A DNA stretch of 64,000 nucleotides from the NCBI GenBank assembly GCA_964188305.1, contig OZ076897.1, one strand, 5' to 3'. Position 1 is the stretch's first letter. Every line of letters starts with the position of its first letter. Source of the DNA: Podarcis bocagei. Lineage: Eukaryota. The position numbers and the translations under genes were made by a program. The notes under the pieces are model-generated. The model was given only the letters and a program-made list of their open reading frames with translations, had not been told where the DNA came from and did not search any database. Of this stretch, positions 13,066 to 23,551 are shown one piece after another.

Positions 13066-13968
13066 TCCCACCCCCTACTTCTTACAGAAAGTGGGGAGTG
13101 GGGTAGGAGTATAGCCACCCAGAAGCAGCTTCCACAGCTTTGAGGTTACGCAGAAATAAGGAGACACAAAGTTCAGTTTATTTGATGGAGGCCCACACAG
13201 AGCCAGAGTAGACCTGATCGTCAGCACAAGCTTGCCTAGGAAGGGGGTGTTTTTAAAGCTGTCACTGTGCATGAATACGCCACAGATTTGAGGCTCCTGG
13301 CAAACAGTATTTGTTTACTACTGTATAGACATAGCACTGGGATGCTGAAAAGCAGTCTCCTTCTGCTCAAGACTGCGCTCACTTGCGTGACAGATTTGTT
13401 TGTCCTCCTACTCTAGATTTGTCATATGGCAATGCGCAGCAACACTGATGGTTCTTTAGGGTTTCTTCCCCCTCTTTCCACCTACTCCGATGCCACCAAC
13501 TCTACCCCTTCTACACTCGGCTGACCTTTTTCCTGCCACTTGCCATCAGCAAATCCACAAAGGTTGAAATATGTCTGGGTGCCAGCCTTCGACATGTTCA
13601 GATCCACAGTGCTTTTGACAGCCTTGGAAATGTGATCCCAGTTTCTTCACTGGGCTTATCTTGTGTATAGTGAAACGTACATTGCCAGGTTTTGTTAGTT
13701 GTTGGTTTTTAAACTGGCACCTGCAAATCAGTCTCTTTAATATTTCAGATACAGGATGGTATTTCATCATGTCATAAATATACAGAACATTTCTGTCTCC
13801 CCTGTGTCATCCCTTGGTTATGAAATGGACAACTGGACTTCTCACCAGCTTCCTCGAATCAAGAAAAGTCCAGAGCTCAGTTGCAGTAATTAAAAATATG
13901 CTATGTTACAGTGGATGCCTGAAACTCAGTACCTGTTTAAGGACTCCTCCATACTGGTTTTGTTTGTT

Positions 13969-14002
<34 letters not shown>

Positions 14003-14024
14003 GCAGGTGTGATTGACACAGTAA

Positions 14025-14235
14025 AGTAAAGGTAAAGGGACCCCTGACCATTAGGTCCAGTCGTGACCGACTCTGGGGTTGCGGCGCTCATCTCACTTTA
14101 TTGGCCGAGGGAACCGGCGTACAGCTTCCGGGTCATGTGGCCAGCAACGGGAGCTCACCCCGTCACGGGGATTCGAACTGCCGACCTTCTGATCAGCAAG
14201 TCCTAGGCTCTGTGGTTTAACCCACAGCGCCACCC
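14025..14235 (-). mobile_element. Sauria SINE, internally deleted
   Basis: Head and tail of the Sauria SINE joined directly; TSD GTGTGATTGACACAGTAA at 14007-14024 and 14236-14253. Confidence 0.88.
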
Positions 14236-14654
14236 GTGTGATTGACACAGTAATAGTGCATTATACTGAGCCATCCACACAGCATTCTGCTTTATTTGTT
14301 CTGTAATGCTTCCCCAATATTATTGCACTATTGCCATCTGGAGGGGTACTCTTTATACTATGGTGCAACAAAAGCAGGATGCACAAACACAGAGAGAACA
14401 TTTTTGGTATAAAAGGTCACAGGATTTCAGCAGCAGGTTACAGGACATGCAGCGACTGGGGTTGCAGCAGTGTGCCCACCAAGTTTTGAAAGTGAGATCA
14501 CATATAACTGCCCCGATACCGTCGTGAGCAAAAAGGATTGTGAATGAACATTACAAAGGCTGCCTGAAGGGGCCCTAAGTCTCAGATATGAAAACAACTT
14601 CCATTTATAAAGGAAACTAAGAGCCAGAATAGACGCTATCCTGGGCTGGTTTTA

Positions 14655-14764
14655 GAAGGAAGGAAGGAAGGGAGGAAGGAAGGAAGGAAGGGAGGAAGGG
14701 AGGGAGGGAGGGAGGGAGGGAGGGTCAGTCTGGACCAGTACCATTGTCCATGGGAAATGAGATC

Positions 14765-14823
<59 letters not shown>
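14655..14823. repeat. (GGAA/GGGA)n polypurine tract and (GTT)n microsatellite
   Basis: Directly visible at 14655-14724 and 14765-14823. Confidence 0.95.
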
Positions 14824-14824
<1 letters not shown>

Positions 14825-15068
14825 CCCTCCACACATGCTGTGGGCCAAGAACCATAATAATGGTTGCCAGAACCATTAGAGGACCTCAATAGTTGCATAC
14901 CCTTCAACACTTCTCTGATGAAAATAGGAACATCCCATTCCATAATGATAAATTTACTATTTATACCTCACGCATCTTATTGGGTTGCCCCAGCACTCTG
15001 GGCAGCTTCCAACATATATAAAAACATAATAAAACTTTAAACATTTTTTTAAAAAACCCTTCCCTATA

Positions 15069-15373
15069 CAGTGGTGCCCCGCAAGACGAATGCCTCGCAA
15101 GACGAAAAACTCGCTAGACGAAAGGGTTTTTCGGTTTTGCGTTGCTTCGCTAGACGAATTTCCCTATGGGCTTGCTTCGCAAGATGAAAACGTCTTGCGC
15201 TTTTTTCTTTGTGATCATGGTATCTCCCCTGCCAGGTAAGTATGTCTTGCGCTTTTTTCTTAACGCCGCTTGAAGAGGCGCAGTTGCGACGGACCATGCT
15301 TCGCAAGACAAAAAACATCGCAAGACGAAAAGACTCGCGGAACGAATTATTTTCGTCTTGCGAGGCACCACTG
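15069..15373. mobile_element. Tc1/mariner (Tigger-like) MITE carrying the U1 insert
   Basis: TIRs CAGTGGTGCC(C/T)CGCAAGACGAA and TTCGTCTTGCGAGGCACCACTG; TA duplications at 15067-68 and 15374-75; internal CGCAAGACGAA subrepeats. Confidence 0.88.
15210..15243 (-). pseudogene. U1 snRNA 5'-end retropseudogene (3'-truncated, no poly(A) tail)
   Basis: Minus strand reads ATACTTACCTGGCAGGGGAGATACCATGATCAC(A)AAG, i.e. U1 nt 1-37 with one CpG-type G>A change; flanked by the 18-bp direct repeat GTCTTGCGCTTTTTTCTT at 15192-15209 and 15244-15261. Confidence 0.93.
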
Positions 15374-16928
15374 TACAGGATTGCTTTCAGATGGCTTGGG
15401 GGTCGGATAACTCTATACCGTCCAACATTTCTCCAATGAAAATAGGGACATACTAAGGGAAAGTGGGGCAGTCTGGGATCAGGTCAGAAACTGGGATGGC
15501 TTCTCTAAATCAGGGACATCCCTGAGAAATAGGGACACTTGGAGGGTCTGTAGTTGCATGGAAGAGGCAATTTCAGTAGATGGGCAAGCCACGCCTGCTG
15601 AAATGGCAAGACTCCTCCTGCTGAAATTCTCTCTCCTACACAGCTCTGAAAGGTGCATTGAACCATGTTTTCCTTTGCATCAGGCTGCCCTTTGTGGACC
15701 CGATTCAGATCACACACACACACAGAGAGACACACCCCTTGCAGCTGGTATTTCTTTTATGGAAACTAACAACCATCAGCATAGAGAACCTTTAGAGTTG
15801 CAAACCAGACCATTCTCTGCCTCCATCAGGCACAGAAAGCATTGCAAATCTGCACACTCTCCATGCACTCAGCATCCTGCTAAATGAGGCCCCGGTGTTT
15901 CAGCTGAAAGCGCTTCCGAATATAAGCAGACTGCTGAATCTCTTCGTAGCAATATGCCGTCCAAACCAGAGGATTTACCAGGTTATCTAAATCTTTCTAA
16001 GAAAAGTGACAGCCCCCTCTCCTTCTGAAAGTGTTTTCAATTCTCCATTCTGCATGGCATGACACAGAGGCACAAAGGGGTCTTGATGCCTTGGGATTGT
16101 TTAATCATTTCTTGAAAACAATGCAAATGGAAGTCAAAGTTATTTTGATCGCCGTCATCACAGACTGAAAAGGCCTTGGCTGAGTTCTTCTGCCAGACAA
16201 TAGAAGAAAAGGCTGCAAAGAGATAACAAGGAAAAACATGATTAAATCACAGAAGTGACATAAAATCAATAGAGACAGCCAAGGATCAATAATTCTTTGC
16301 TCTGAGTAACAGTCGGCAGCGCTTGCACTCATTTTCAGATTTTTCCGACATTATTACCGACTTGATTTGCAGAAAAAGAGATGACTCTCTTTATTTTTAA
16401 CAGCTCTTCTTATCTTCTGTGTATGTTTAATATTCATCACCTGCAGTTAAAGGTAGTTTAACCCATTCAGGGCAGGCAGTGAGTTGGTTCTAATTCCTCA
16501 TTAAGGGCCAAACCCCCTTTTTTTCAAATAGCAGCTTCAGCAGAGCAGGGGAGGGGAAGGAGGGTATTGTTCCAGATCAGGACAGTGGCAGAGGGGAGGG
16601 GGTTATCCTTTTCCCCTACTCTATTTTTTCTGATGCAAATTTCACCCCTATGCTACAAATTGCTCCAGTAGGAAGAGGTTAAAGATCTCTTCCCCTCTCA
16701 CGTGTCATAGTTCTAACCCAGATTGGGAGGACACCAAAGTTGCTATTTGAAAACAATTTAAAAAGTGAGACAGAGATACATTCACTCACTCATCCTGTTA
16801 GTCTGGCCCTGAATGTATAAGCACATCAGCAATGGAAAAATAAAAGATCTACAGTGAATCTTTGGTGTGCAATGAAGCACACACACATCACTTCGAGTGG
16901 GGTATCAGGAATCACCCTAATTTGAGAC

Positions 16929-17339
16929 CAGTGGCGTAGCGTGGGGGGTACCAGGGGTGCCGGCCGCACCGGGCGCAACATTTGGAGGGCGCGTTTGGCC
17001 GGCCCTCCTCGAGGAAGCAGGAACCCCACTGTCCTCGGACCTCCTCCAAAGGCTGGCGGTGGGGCGGAGAGACCTTCTCCCCGCGCCAGCCTTCGGAAGG
17101 CTGCTCCGAAGCCTGGCGGTGGGGCGGAGAGACCTTCTCCCCGCGCCAGCCTTCGGATGGCTGTCCTGAAGACTTGTGGTGGGAGCAGTGGTGTAGCGTG
17201 GGGGGTGCAGGGGGGCCTGCTGCACCTGGCGCAACATCTGGGGGGCACGCGGAAGAGACTCGAGTGCTAAAATGCACGGGTTAGGGGGCGCAAATTACTT
17301 GCCTTGCCCCGGGTGCTGAGAACCCACGCTACGCCACTG
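16929..17339. mobile_element. Young GC-rich hAT-type MITE
   Basis: Perfect TIR CAGTGGCGTAGCGTGGG / CCCACGCTACGCCACTG; perfect 8-bp TSD TTTGAGAC; internal tandem duplication with a 60-bp period at about 17054-17163; CpGs intact. Confidence 0.9.
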
Positions 17340-17716
17340 TTTGAGACATGATGCTGTTGATGCATGGAGATATACCTAATTGAATCTCCCTTGGGGCAGG
17401 AATGCAAGAACAGCCTTGCTGGATCAGGCCAAAGGCCCATCGAGTCCAGCATCCTGTTCTCACAGTGGCTAACCAGATGCCCATAGAAAGCCCACAAGAG
17501 GAACACAAGAGTGTAACAAGACCGCTCACCTTTTGCGGTGGGCAGCGTTGTGGCTGGGCATCCAGAGCTGTTCCACCAGGCCTTTGGCCAAGGCAAGGCA
17601 CAGTCTGACCCCCTCTCTCCTTTTGTAATCCTCATAGAACTCTAGCCCAATGGTTGCCATTAATTTGACTCTGAACTGATTTTAGAATGAATTGATTTTA
17701 GAATGTATTTCAATTA

Positions 17717-17976
17717 CCGAATTTTTTTGCTCTATAAGACTCACTTTTTCCCTCCTAAAAAGTAAGTGGAAATGTGTGCGCGTCTTATGGAGCGAACGCA
17801 GGCTGCGCAGCTATCACAGAAGCCAGAACAGCAAGAGGGATTGCTGCTTTCACTGCACAGCGATCCCTCTTGCTGTTCTGGCTTCTGAGATTCAGAATAT
17901 TTTTTTTCTTGTTTTCCTCCTCCAAAAACTAGGTGCGTCTTGTGGTCTGGTGCGTCTTATAGAGCGAAAAATACAG
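17717..17976. mobile_element. Tc2-like mariner MITE
   Basis: Ends CCGAATTTTTTTGCTCTATAAGAC and GTCTTATAGAGCGAAAAATACAG, TA-flanked; related to 10247-11092. Confidence 0.8.
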
Positions 17977-20207
17977 TACTTGATTGTGATTTTATGTAAA
18001 CGGTGTTATTTTTACTGTTATTAGCCACTCTGAGCCCGACTTCGGCTGGGGAGGGCGGGATATAAATAAAATTATTATTATTATTATCCTCACAGTGATC
18101 CAGGTCGGGGTCAGGGAATTGACGCCTCCCTCGCGCCAGCCCCAGCCATGTGATGTCCTGCCCACCCACCCGGCCAATCAGTGCTGGTGGGGGCGTGGCC
18201 ACGGGTGTTTTAAACCACAGTGCTTACCTCTTGCCCCCTCACCGGATCTGCTTCTCCAACAATCACCACCTTTTTTTTTTTTTTTTTATAAAATTTTTTA
18301 TTGCGCTTCTTTCCATAGGTAAACAAATTTGTTTGGACAATCACCACCTTGACTTTGCTTTGCTTCCATTGGATTCCTGTTCAGGCTGCGGCTTCGACAC
18401 CGGCTTCTACTTGCTCTGCTCGCAATTTATCAGCAAGCGTCTAGTTTTGGTTGGGGTTTTGCCTGATGACTAAAAGGAGTTGCTCTCCCTCGCAGTTCAT
18501 GGCACGGTTAAGATACACTAGTAGTGGAGAAACAAGTATCTGTGGACTGGAACTGTCCTGTAAAGCCTTTTGAACCAGCCCAGTATCCTCTTATTTTTTT
18601 GAGGAGCTATTTTTAAAAAGCCATTGCTTAGAAGTGCTCAGCGACAATCATTTGTCTTCCAGAGTGCTTGGCAATCTGCTTCGCTTGTGTGGCGTTGATA
18701 CATTTTCCTGTTAATCATTTGTTAATTTCTCACTTTTCAATGCATTTTCCTGTCACTTTCCTAACCGCAAGAAGGCAGTTCTTTTTTAGAAGTAGATTTG
18801 TTGGGCTTGCGCAACAGAGCACTTTAATCCAGGTCAGAGGTACTGGAAATATCAGTGGAGGGGTGCCAAATTGATTAATTAATTAATTACACAAACCTAT
18901 ATTTCCCAGCAGGCCCTTGAGTCCCTCCTGCAAGATACTGACAGTCTAGATGTGGTCCGTAGTTTCAGTTTCATGGTCTTTCCGTTTGTGAGACTGAAGG
19001 TGGACCAAATAGTTTGTTGCTGTAAGTGAAGCAGTATGACCCCACAGCAAGCCTAGAGCTTCCTTGTAGCCACCCATGTCCCTCTAAGCAAGAAAAATAA
19101 AGAGGAAAACCATTTTCTTTATTTAGAACATGCCAGTTTACTGTATTACCATTTATTATTTAGCATTTAGGTGTCAGTGCCATTGCATTAAGTGAACAAA
19201 TTGCAAAAGAGACTAACAAAGCAGCAATGAAGGCTGTCAGAAAATCAAATGGACCCATTGCATTTACTCCTGGGGTAGGGGAAAAAAATACCAGGCACCT
19301 GACAAATTTCATTTTGTACATTACAGCTCTGTTGAAAGAAAACGCAAGCAAAGAATCCTATTTGCTGGTATGTCACCTGTAAAACAGTTGGTGCATGTCT
19401 GAGCAACCCTTATCAGAAGCAGAAATTCAGATATCTTGATGACAAGGAGAGGGGAACATCTGAAATGCATATAAAAAAATGAAGCCAAATATTCTTCATG
19501 TATTCAATGCATTTAAAATATGTCATTTCCTCAATCGGCAGGGGACTGGGGTCCCTTCAAACTCTTCGGGTTCCATGAAATTAATATTTTGTAAATGGCA
19601 AGACAGCAGACAAAGCAGTACAGGAAACACCACAAATGCAAAATATTTCCCACAGCTTGGTCCCCAAATCCTTTTTTTTTTAATAAAAAAAATCTTCCCC
19701 ATGAGCCGAACTGGAACAAACTCCACTATTAAGTTCCCCTGGTTTTTTCAGATGTGAGCACAGTGGAAAGCCATTTGTTACAAGTCTCACACCCCTGCTC
19801 CATCCAAGCAAACAAACGTCCTCTTAATATTGCATGAAATCAACTTATATAAAAGTTTTACAGCTCTGAGTGAAGGGAGATGAAAGAGACTTTCTTAGTT
19901 GTCAGAAGATGAAAGCTGGAGGTGGAGTGTCATGGGGACTTCCTGTCCAATTGCCTATCCTTCTGTTCTTCAGACATTGCTAACTGGGCATCGCTGTAAG
20001 CACCTGCTGAGGGTGATGAGTCACAGAACAAGCCAAGAGCTGAAACAAGTAATAATCAGGAAATATAATCATTATGCAAGCAAAGTTCCAGGTTGAAGAA
20101 GCGGCCTTTTGGCCTTCTTGTTGAAATGGACCAATAACTAACCTGCGTGAGCAGATGGCCAGCCCAGTACCTGAAACCCATCCCCTGACAGGGCAAATGC
20201 TCTAGCC

Positions 20208-20345
20208 CAGCCTTTCTCAACCTGTGGGACCCCAGATGTTGTTGAACTACAACTCCCATCATCCCTGAGCTCTGGCCTTGCTAGCTAGGGGTGATGGGAG
20301 TTGTAGTTCAACAACATCTGGGGACTCACAGGTTGAGAAAGGCTG
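20208..20345. mobile_element. Short palindromic hAT MITE (degraded relatives near 885-1020, 33866-33968, 36962-37081, 38440-38566, 62105-62210, 63878-64000)
   Basis: Near-perfect hairpin CAGCCTTTCTCAACCTGTG...CTACAACTCCCATCA...TGATGGGAGTTGTAG...CACAGGTTGAGAAAGGCTG; TSD CTCTAGCC/CTCTAGAC. Confidence 0.85.
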
Positions 20346-20801
20346 CTCTAGACCAACCTTCCTCCACCTGATGTCCTCTAGGTTTTATCAACCTCAGCTC
20401 CTATCAGTTCCAGCTGGTGTGGCCAGTAGTCAGGGATTGTGGGTGTTGCAATCCAACAACATCTGATGGCACTGGGCTTGGGGAGGTTGCTCTTATCTGG
20501 TGGCTCACAATTTGGGGCACCTGCACAAAGAGTTTGGGGTTCTTGGACAGCTGGTGAGATGGAAGCCAGCTTTAAGGAAATGGCAAGTATACCTCACCAG
20601 TAACTGGGCCTCACTGTCCTGATTGATAGACTGTGTAACCTAACACAGAACATCACAGCTGCTTTTCTAAAGAAGATAGGGCCAGCCCTAACATTAGGCG
20701 GAGTGAAGTGGCTGCCTCGAACAGCAGATGCTGGAGACATTGGTGAGGTGATGGAGGGCAGGGCATATGTGTCATTTGGCCTGTCCTAAGCTAGCTTGCT
20801 A

Positions 20802-21384
20802 GGGATGCGGGTGGCGCTGTGGTCTAAACCACAGAGCCTAGGACTTGCCGATCAGAAGGTCGGCGGTTCGAATCCGTGCGACGGGGTGCTTGGTCCCAGC
20901 TCCTGCCCACCTAGCAGTTTGAAAGCATGTCAAAGTGCAAGTAGATAAATAGGTACTGCTCCAGCGGGAAGTTAAATGGTGTTTCTGTGCGCTGCTCTGG
21001 TTCGCCAGAAGCGGCTTAGTCATGCTGGCCACAGGACCTGGAAGCTGTCTGCGGACAAACGCCGGCTCCCTCGGCCAGTAAAGTGAGATGAGCGCCGCAA
21101 CCCCAGAGCTGTTCGCAACTGGACTTAGCAGTTAGGGGTCCCAGCGTGGTGTAGGGATTAATCTGGTGAACTGGGTTCGATTCCCCGCTCCTCCACATGC
21201 AGCTGCTGGGTGACCTTGGGCCAGTCACACTTCTGTGAAGTCTCTCAGCCCCACTCACCTCACAGAGTGTTTGTTGTGGGGGAGGAAGGGAAAGGAGATT
21301 GTTAGACGCTTTGAGACTGCTTAAGGGGAGTGAAAGGAGGGATATCAAGTCCAAGTCCAAAACTCTTACCTTTACAGTACCTTT
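20802..21384 (+). mobile_element. Sauria SINE interrupted near its 3' end by a Squam3-type SINE
   Basis: Head GGGATGCGGGTGGCGCTGTGG...GGTTCGAATCC; TTACCTTT tail resumes after 21365; imperfect TSD TAAGCTAGCTTGCTA/TAAGCTAGACTGCTA. Confidence 0.88.
21141..21365 (+). mobile_element. tRNA-derived SINE (Squam3-type), nested
   Basis: Highly similar to 32291-32556; B box GGTTCGATTCC. Confidence 0.85.
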
Positions 21385-22616
21385 AAGCTAGACTGCTATC
21401 CTTGGGTGCAATGGAGGAAGCTGTCTTGTCACTAATTTTGAAGACTCGGCGGTCAGTCTGATCAGCTTCTGGATGTGGAACAGCCGGAAATCTTGTCCAT
21501 CTCAAAGTTGACAAAAGGAAGCATCAGACGCTCTTCCTAGAGTGAAATGTAAAGTGAGATGAAATTCACTATTGCTCAAGGACAGTAATAAAACGCAGCA
21601 GGAAGGAGGGTTTCAGAAATGTTCTCATGCTTAAATCTTCACAGGGAAAGTCCACCAGAACTAAGTAACCAAATACAGGGAAGTTTTCCACTGCTGAAAC
21701 CCACACAACACTGTCTGTCCTGGGAAATACAGCATTCCAGTCTTTTGTGCTTTAACCACAGTGAACAAACAGAGGCTCTGCTTTCAAGTTGAAGGTTTCT
21801 TTTTTAACTGTTTTTAATTGCAAAGAGAAGTTTATAGTCTGGTAATATATAGCCCCGTAAATCATCATTAAAATGCTTTGAGTCATGAAACAATAATAGG
21901 AACAAAAATCAATGTGTGTATATCAAAAGCAAGAGATTTATACATGACCTGGGATGATAGGACAAGAAAGCCAATGTTTACCATCTTTAAGAATAGCTGT
22001 GTCATTTGGAGGGGGTTGTTTGGGGGAAAAAGCATGACTAATAGAATCAATACAGACAATATTTAGAAATTCCTGGGTGGGATTTGTGTTCTTAGACTTC
22101 AGGTGAATTTGCAAGATAAGAACGAGACTTTCAGTAAATATGAATCCACTGTCCAGAATTCTAACTTTTTCAGCTGTTTTAAGAATACACAGTTATGTTG
22201 ATGTTTCCATGGTTGGTGCCAGAGACCAGACATATCCAGCAGATTCTGCTTCAGTCTTGATTTCTGCATTATTGGAGGGGGTCTTGTAGGCATCTTGTCC
22301 AATCCCTTGCTTGAGGCAATGAATCCCGAGCCACAGCCGGCTCTACCATGAACCAAAATGAGGCAACTGCTTCAGGCAGCTTTCAACTATTTTTTTCAAC
22401 AATTTCTGGTTGCCATGACACAAGCAATTTCCTGGGCTACTTTGCCCATAATGCCTTGCTTTGAAGGACACCTAGGCCTTTCTCAGAGCAAGACAGAGGG
22501 GAAAGGGTGTCAGCATGGCCAGTGCTGACACCACATTAGCAATTGACAAGTAAGTGGAGGGGGGAGCAAATAGGGCAGTTGAGCAGTGGGGGCTGCCTCA
22601 GGAGGTGCAATGTATT

Positions 22617-22964
22617 TGTTGTTGTTGTTTAGTCGTTTAGTTGTGTCCAACTCTTCGTGACCCCATGGACCAGAGCACACCAGGCACTCCTGTCTTCCAC
22701 TGCCTCCCGCAGTTTGGTCAAACTCATTCTAGTAGCTTTGAGAACGCTGCTCAACCATCTCATCCTCTGTCGTCCCCTTCTCCTTGTGCCCTCCATCTTT
22801 CCCAACATCAGGGTCTTTTCCAGGGAGTCTTCTCTTCTCATGAAGTGGCAAAAGTATTGGAGCCTCAGCTTCAGGATCTGTCCTTCCAGTGAGCACTCAG
22901 GGCTGATTTCCTTCAGAATGGAGAGGTTTGATCTTCTTGCAGTCCATGGGACTCTCAAGAGTCT
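22617..22964 (-). mobile_element. Bov-B LINE 3' fragment
   Basis: RLLRVPWTARRSNLSILKEISPECSLEGQILKLRLQYF...LEKTLMLGKMEGTRRRGRQRMRW; (CAA)n tail. Confidence 0.9.
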
Positions 22965-23178
22965 TACACTGGCCTTATAGAGCATCTCCTCTGCCTGAAA
23001 AGGAAGGGCTGTGTTGAGTATCTGCAAGATGTATAAAGCTGCTCCATCAGGTTTTATGTATGCCCCATGCCCTTCGGCTGAGGAAGACCACAGATCTCTC
23101 TGCCTCCTGAGGCACCCCAAAACCTTGGAGCTTCCTTTTACAAATATCTAATTTTATGGGAATGGCCTTTGTCCAATG

Positions 23179-23551
23179 CAGACCCTCCAAGTGTCCCTGT
23201 TTTCCAGGGACAGTCCCAGATTTACAGAAGCCATCCTGGTTTTGGATTTGATCCTGGAATGTCCTGTTTTTCCTTAGGACATCCCTATTTTCATTGAAGA
23301 AATGTATGGAGTTATGAGACCCCCAAACCAAGGAGATAACTAAATTACAACCTTTAGAAGACATCTGAAGACAGCCCTGTAGAGGGAAGTATTTTATTCT
23401 GTGTTTATATATGTTGGAAGCCACTGGGCAACCCAGTCAGAGGGGTGGGGTATAAATATTAGTATTAGTATTAGTATTAGTATTAGTATTAGTATTAGTA
23501 TTATGGATTAGGACGTCCCTATTTTCACTGGAGAAATGTTGGAAGGGTATG
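23179..23551 (+). mobile_element. Non-autonomous TIR element containing an L2 3' end (copy 2)
   Basis: Ends CAGACCCTCCAA and TTGGAAGGGTATG; flanking direct repeat TTTGTCCAATG at 23168-23178 and 23552-23562; internal L2-like tail with a (TATTAG)n run at about 23457-23502. Confidence 0.75.

Larger units (their letters stand above)
14896..15550 (-). mobile_element. Non-autonomous TIR element containing an L2 3' end (copy 1)
   Basis: Ends CATACCCTTCAAC and TTGGAGGGTCTG; GGGAC/GTCCC subterminal repeats; internal segment homologous to the L2 3' end at 11997-12125; homologous to 23179-23551. Confidence 0.7.

Noticed and set aside
15210-15243. Functional U1 snRNA gene
   Set aside because: Only the first 34-37 nt are present; there is no Sm site, PSE or 3' box, and it is flanked by a TSD.
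23457-23502. (TATTAG)n as an interstitial telomere
   Set aside because: The unit is not TTAGGG; it is an expanded L2-type tail within a repeat.
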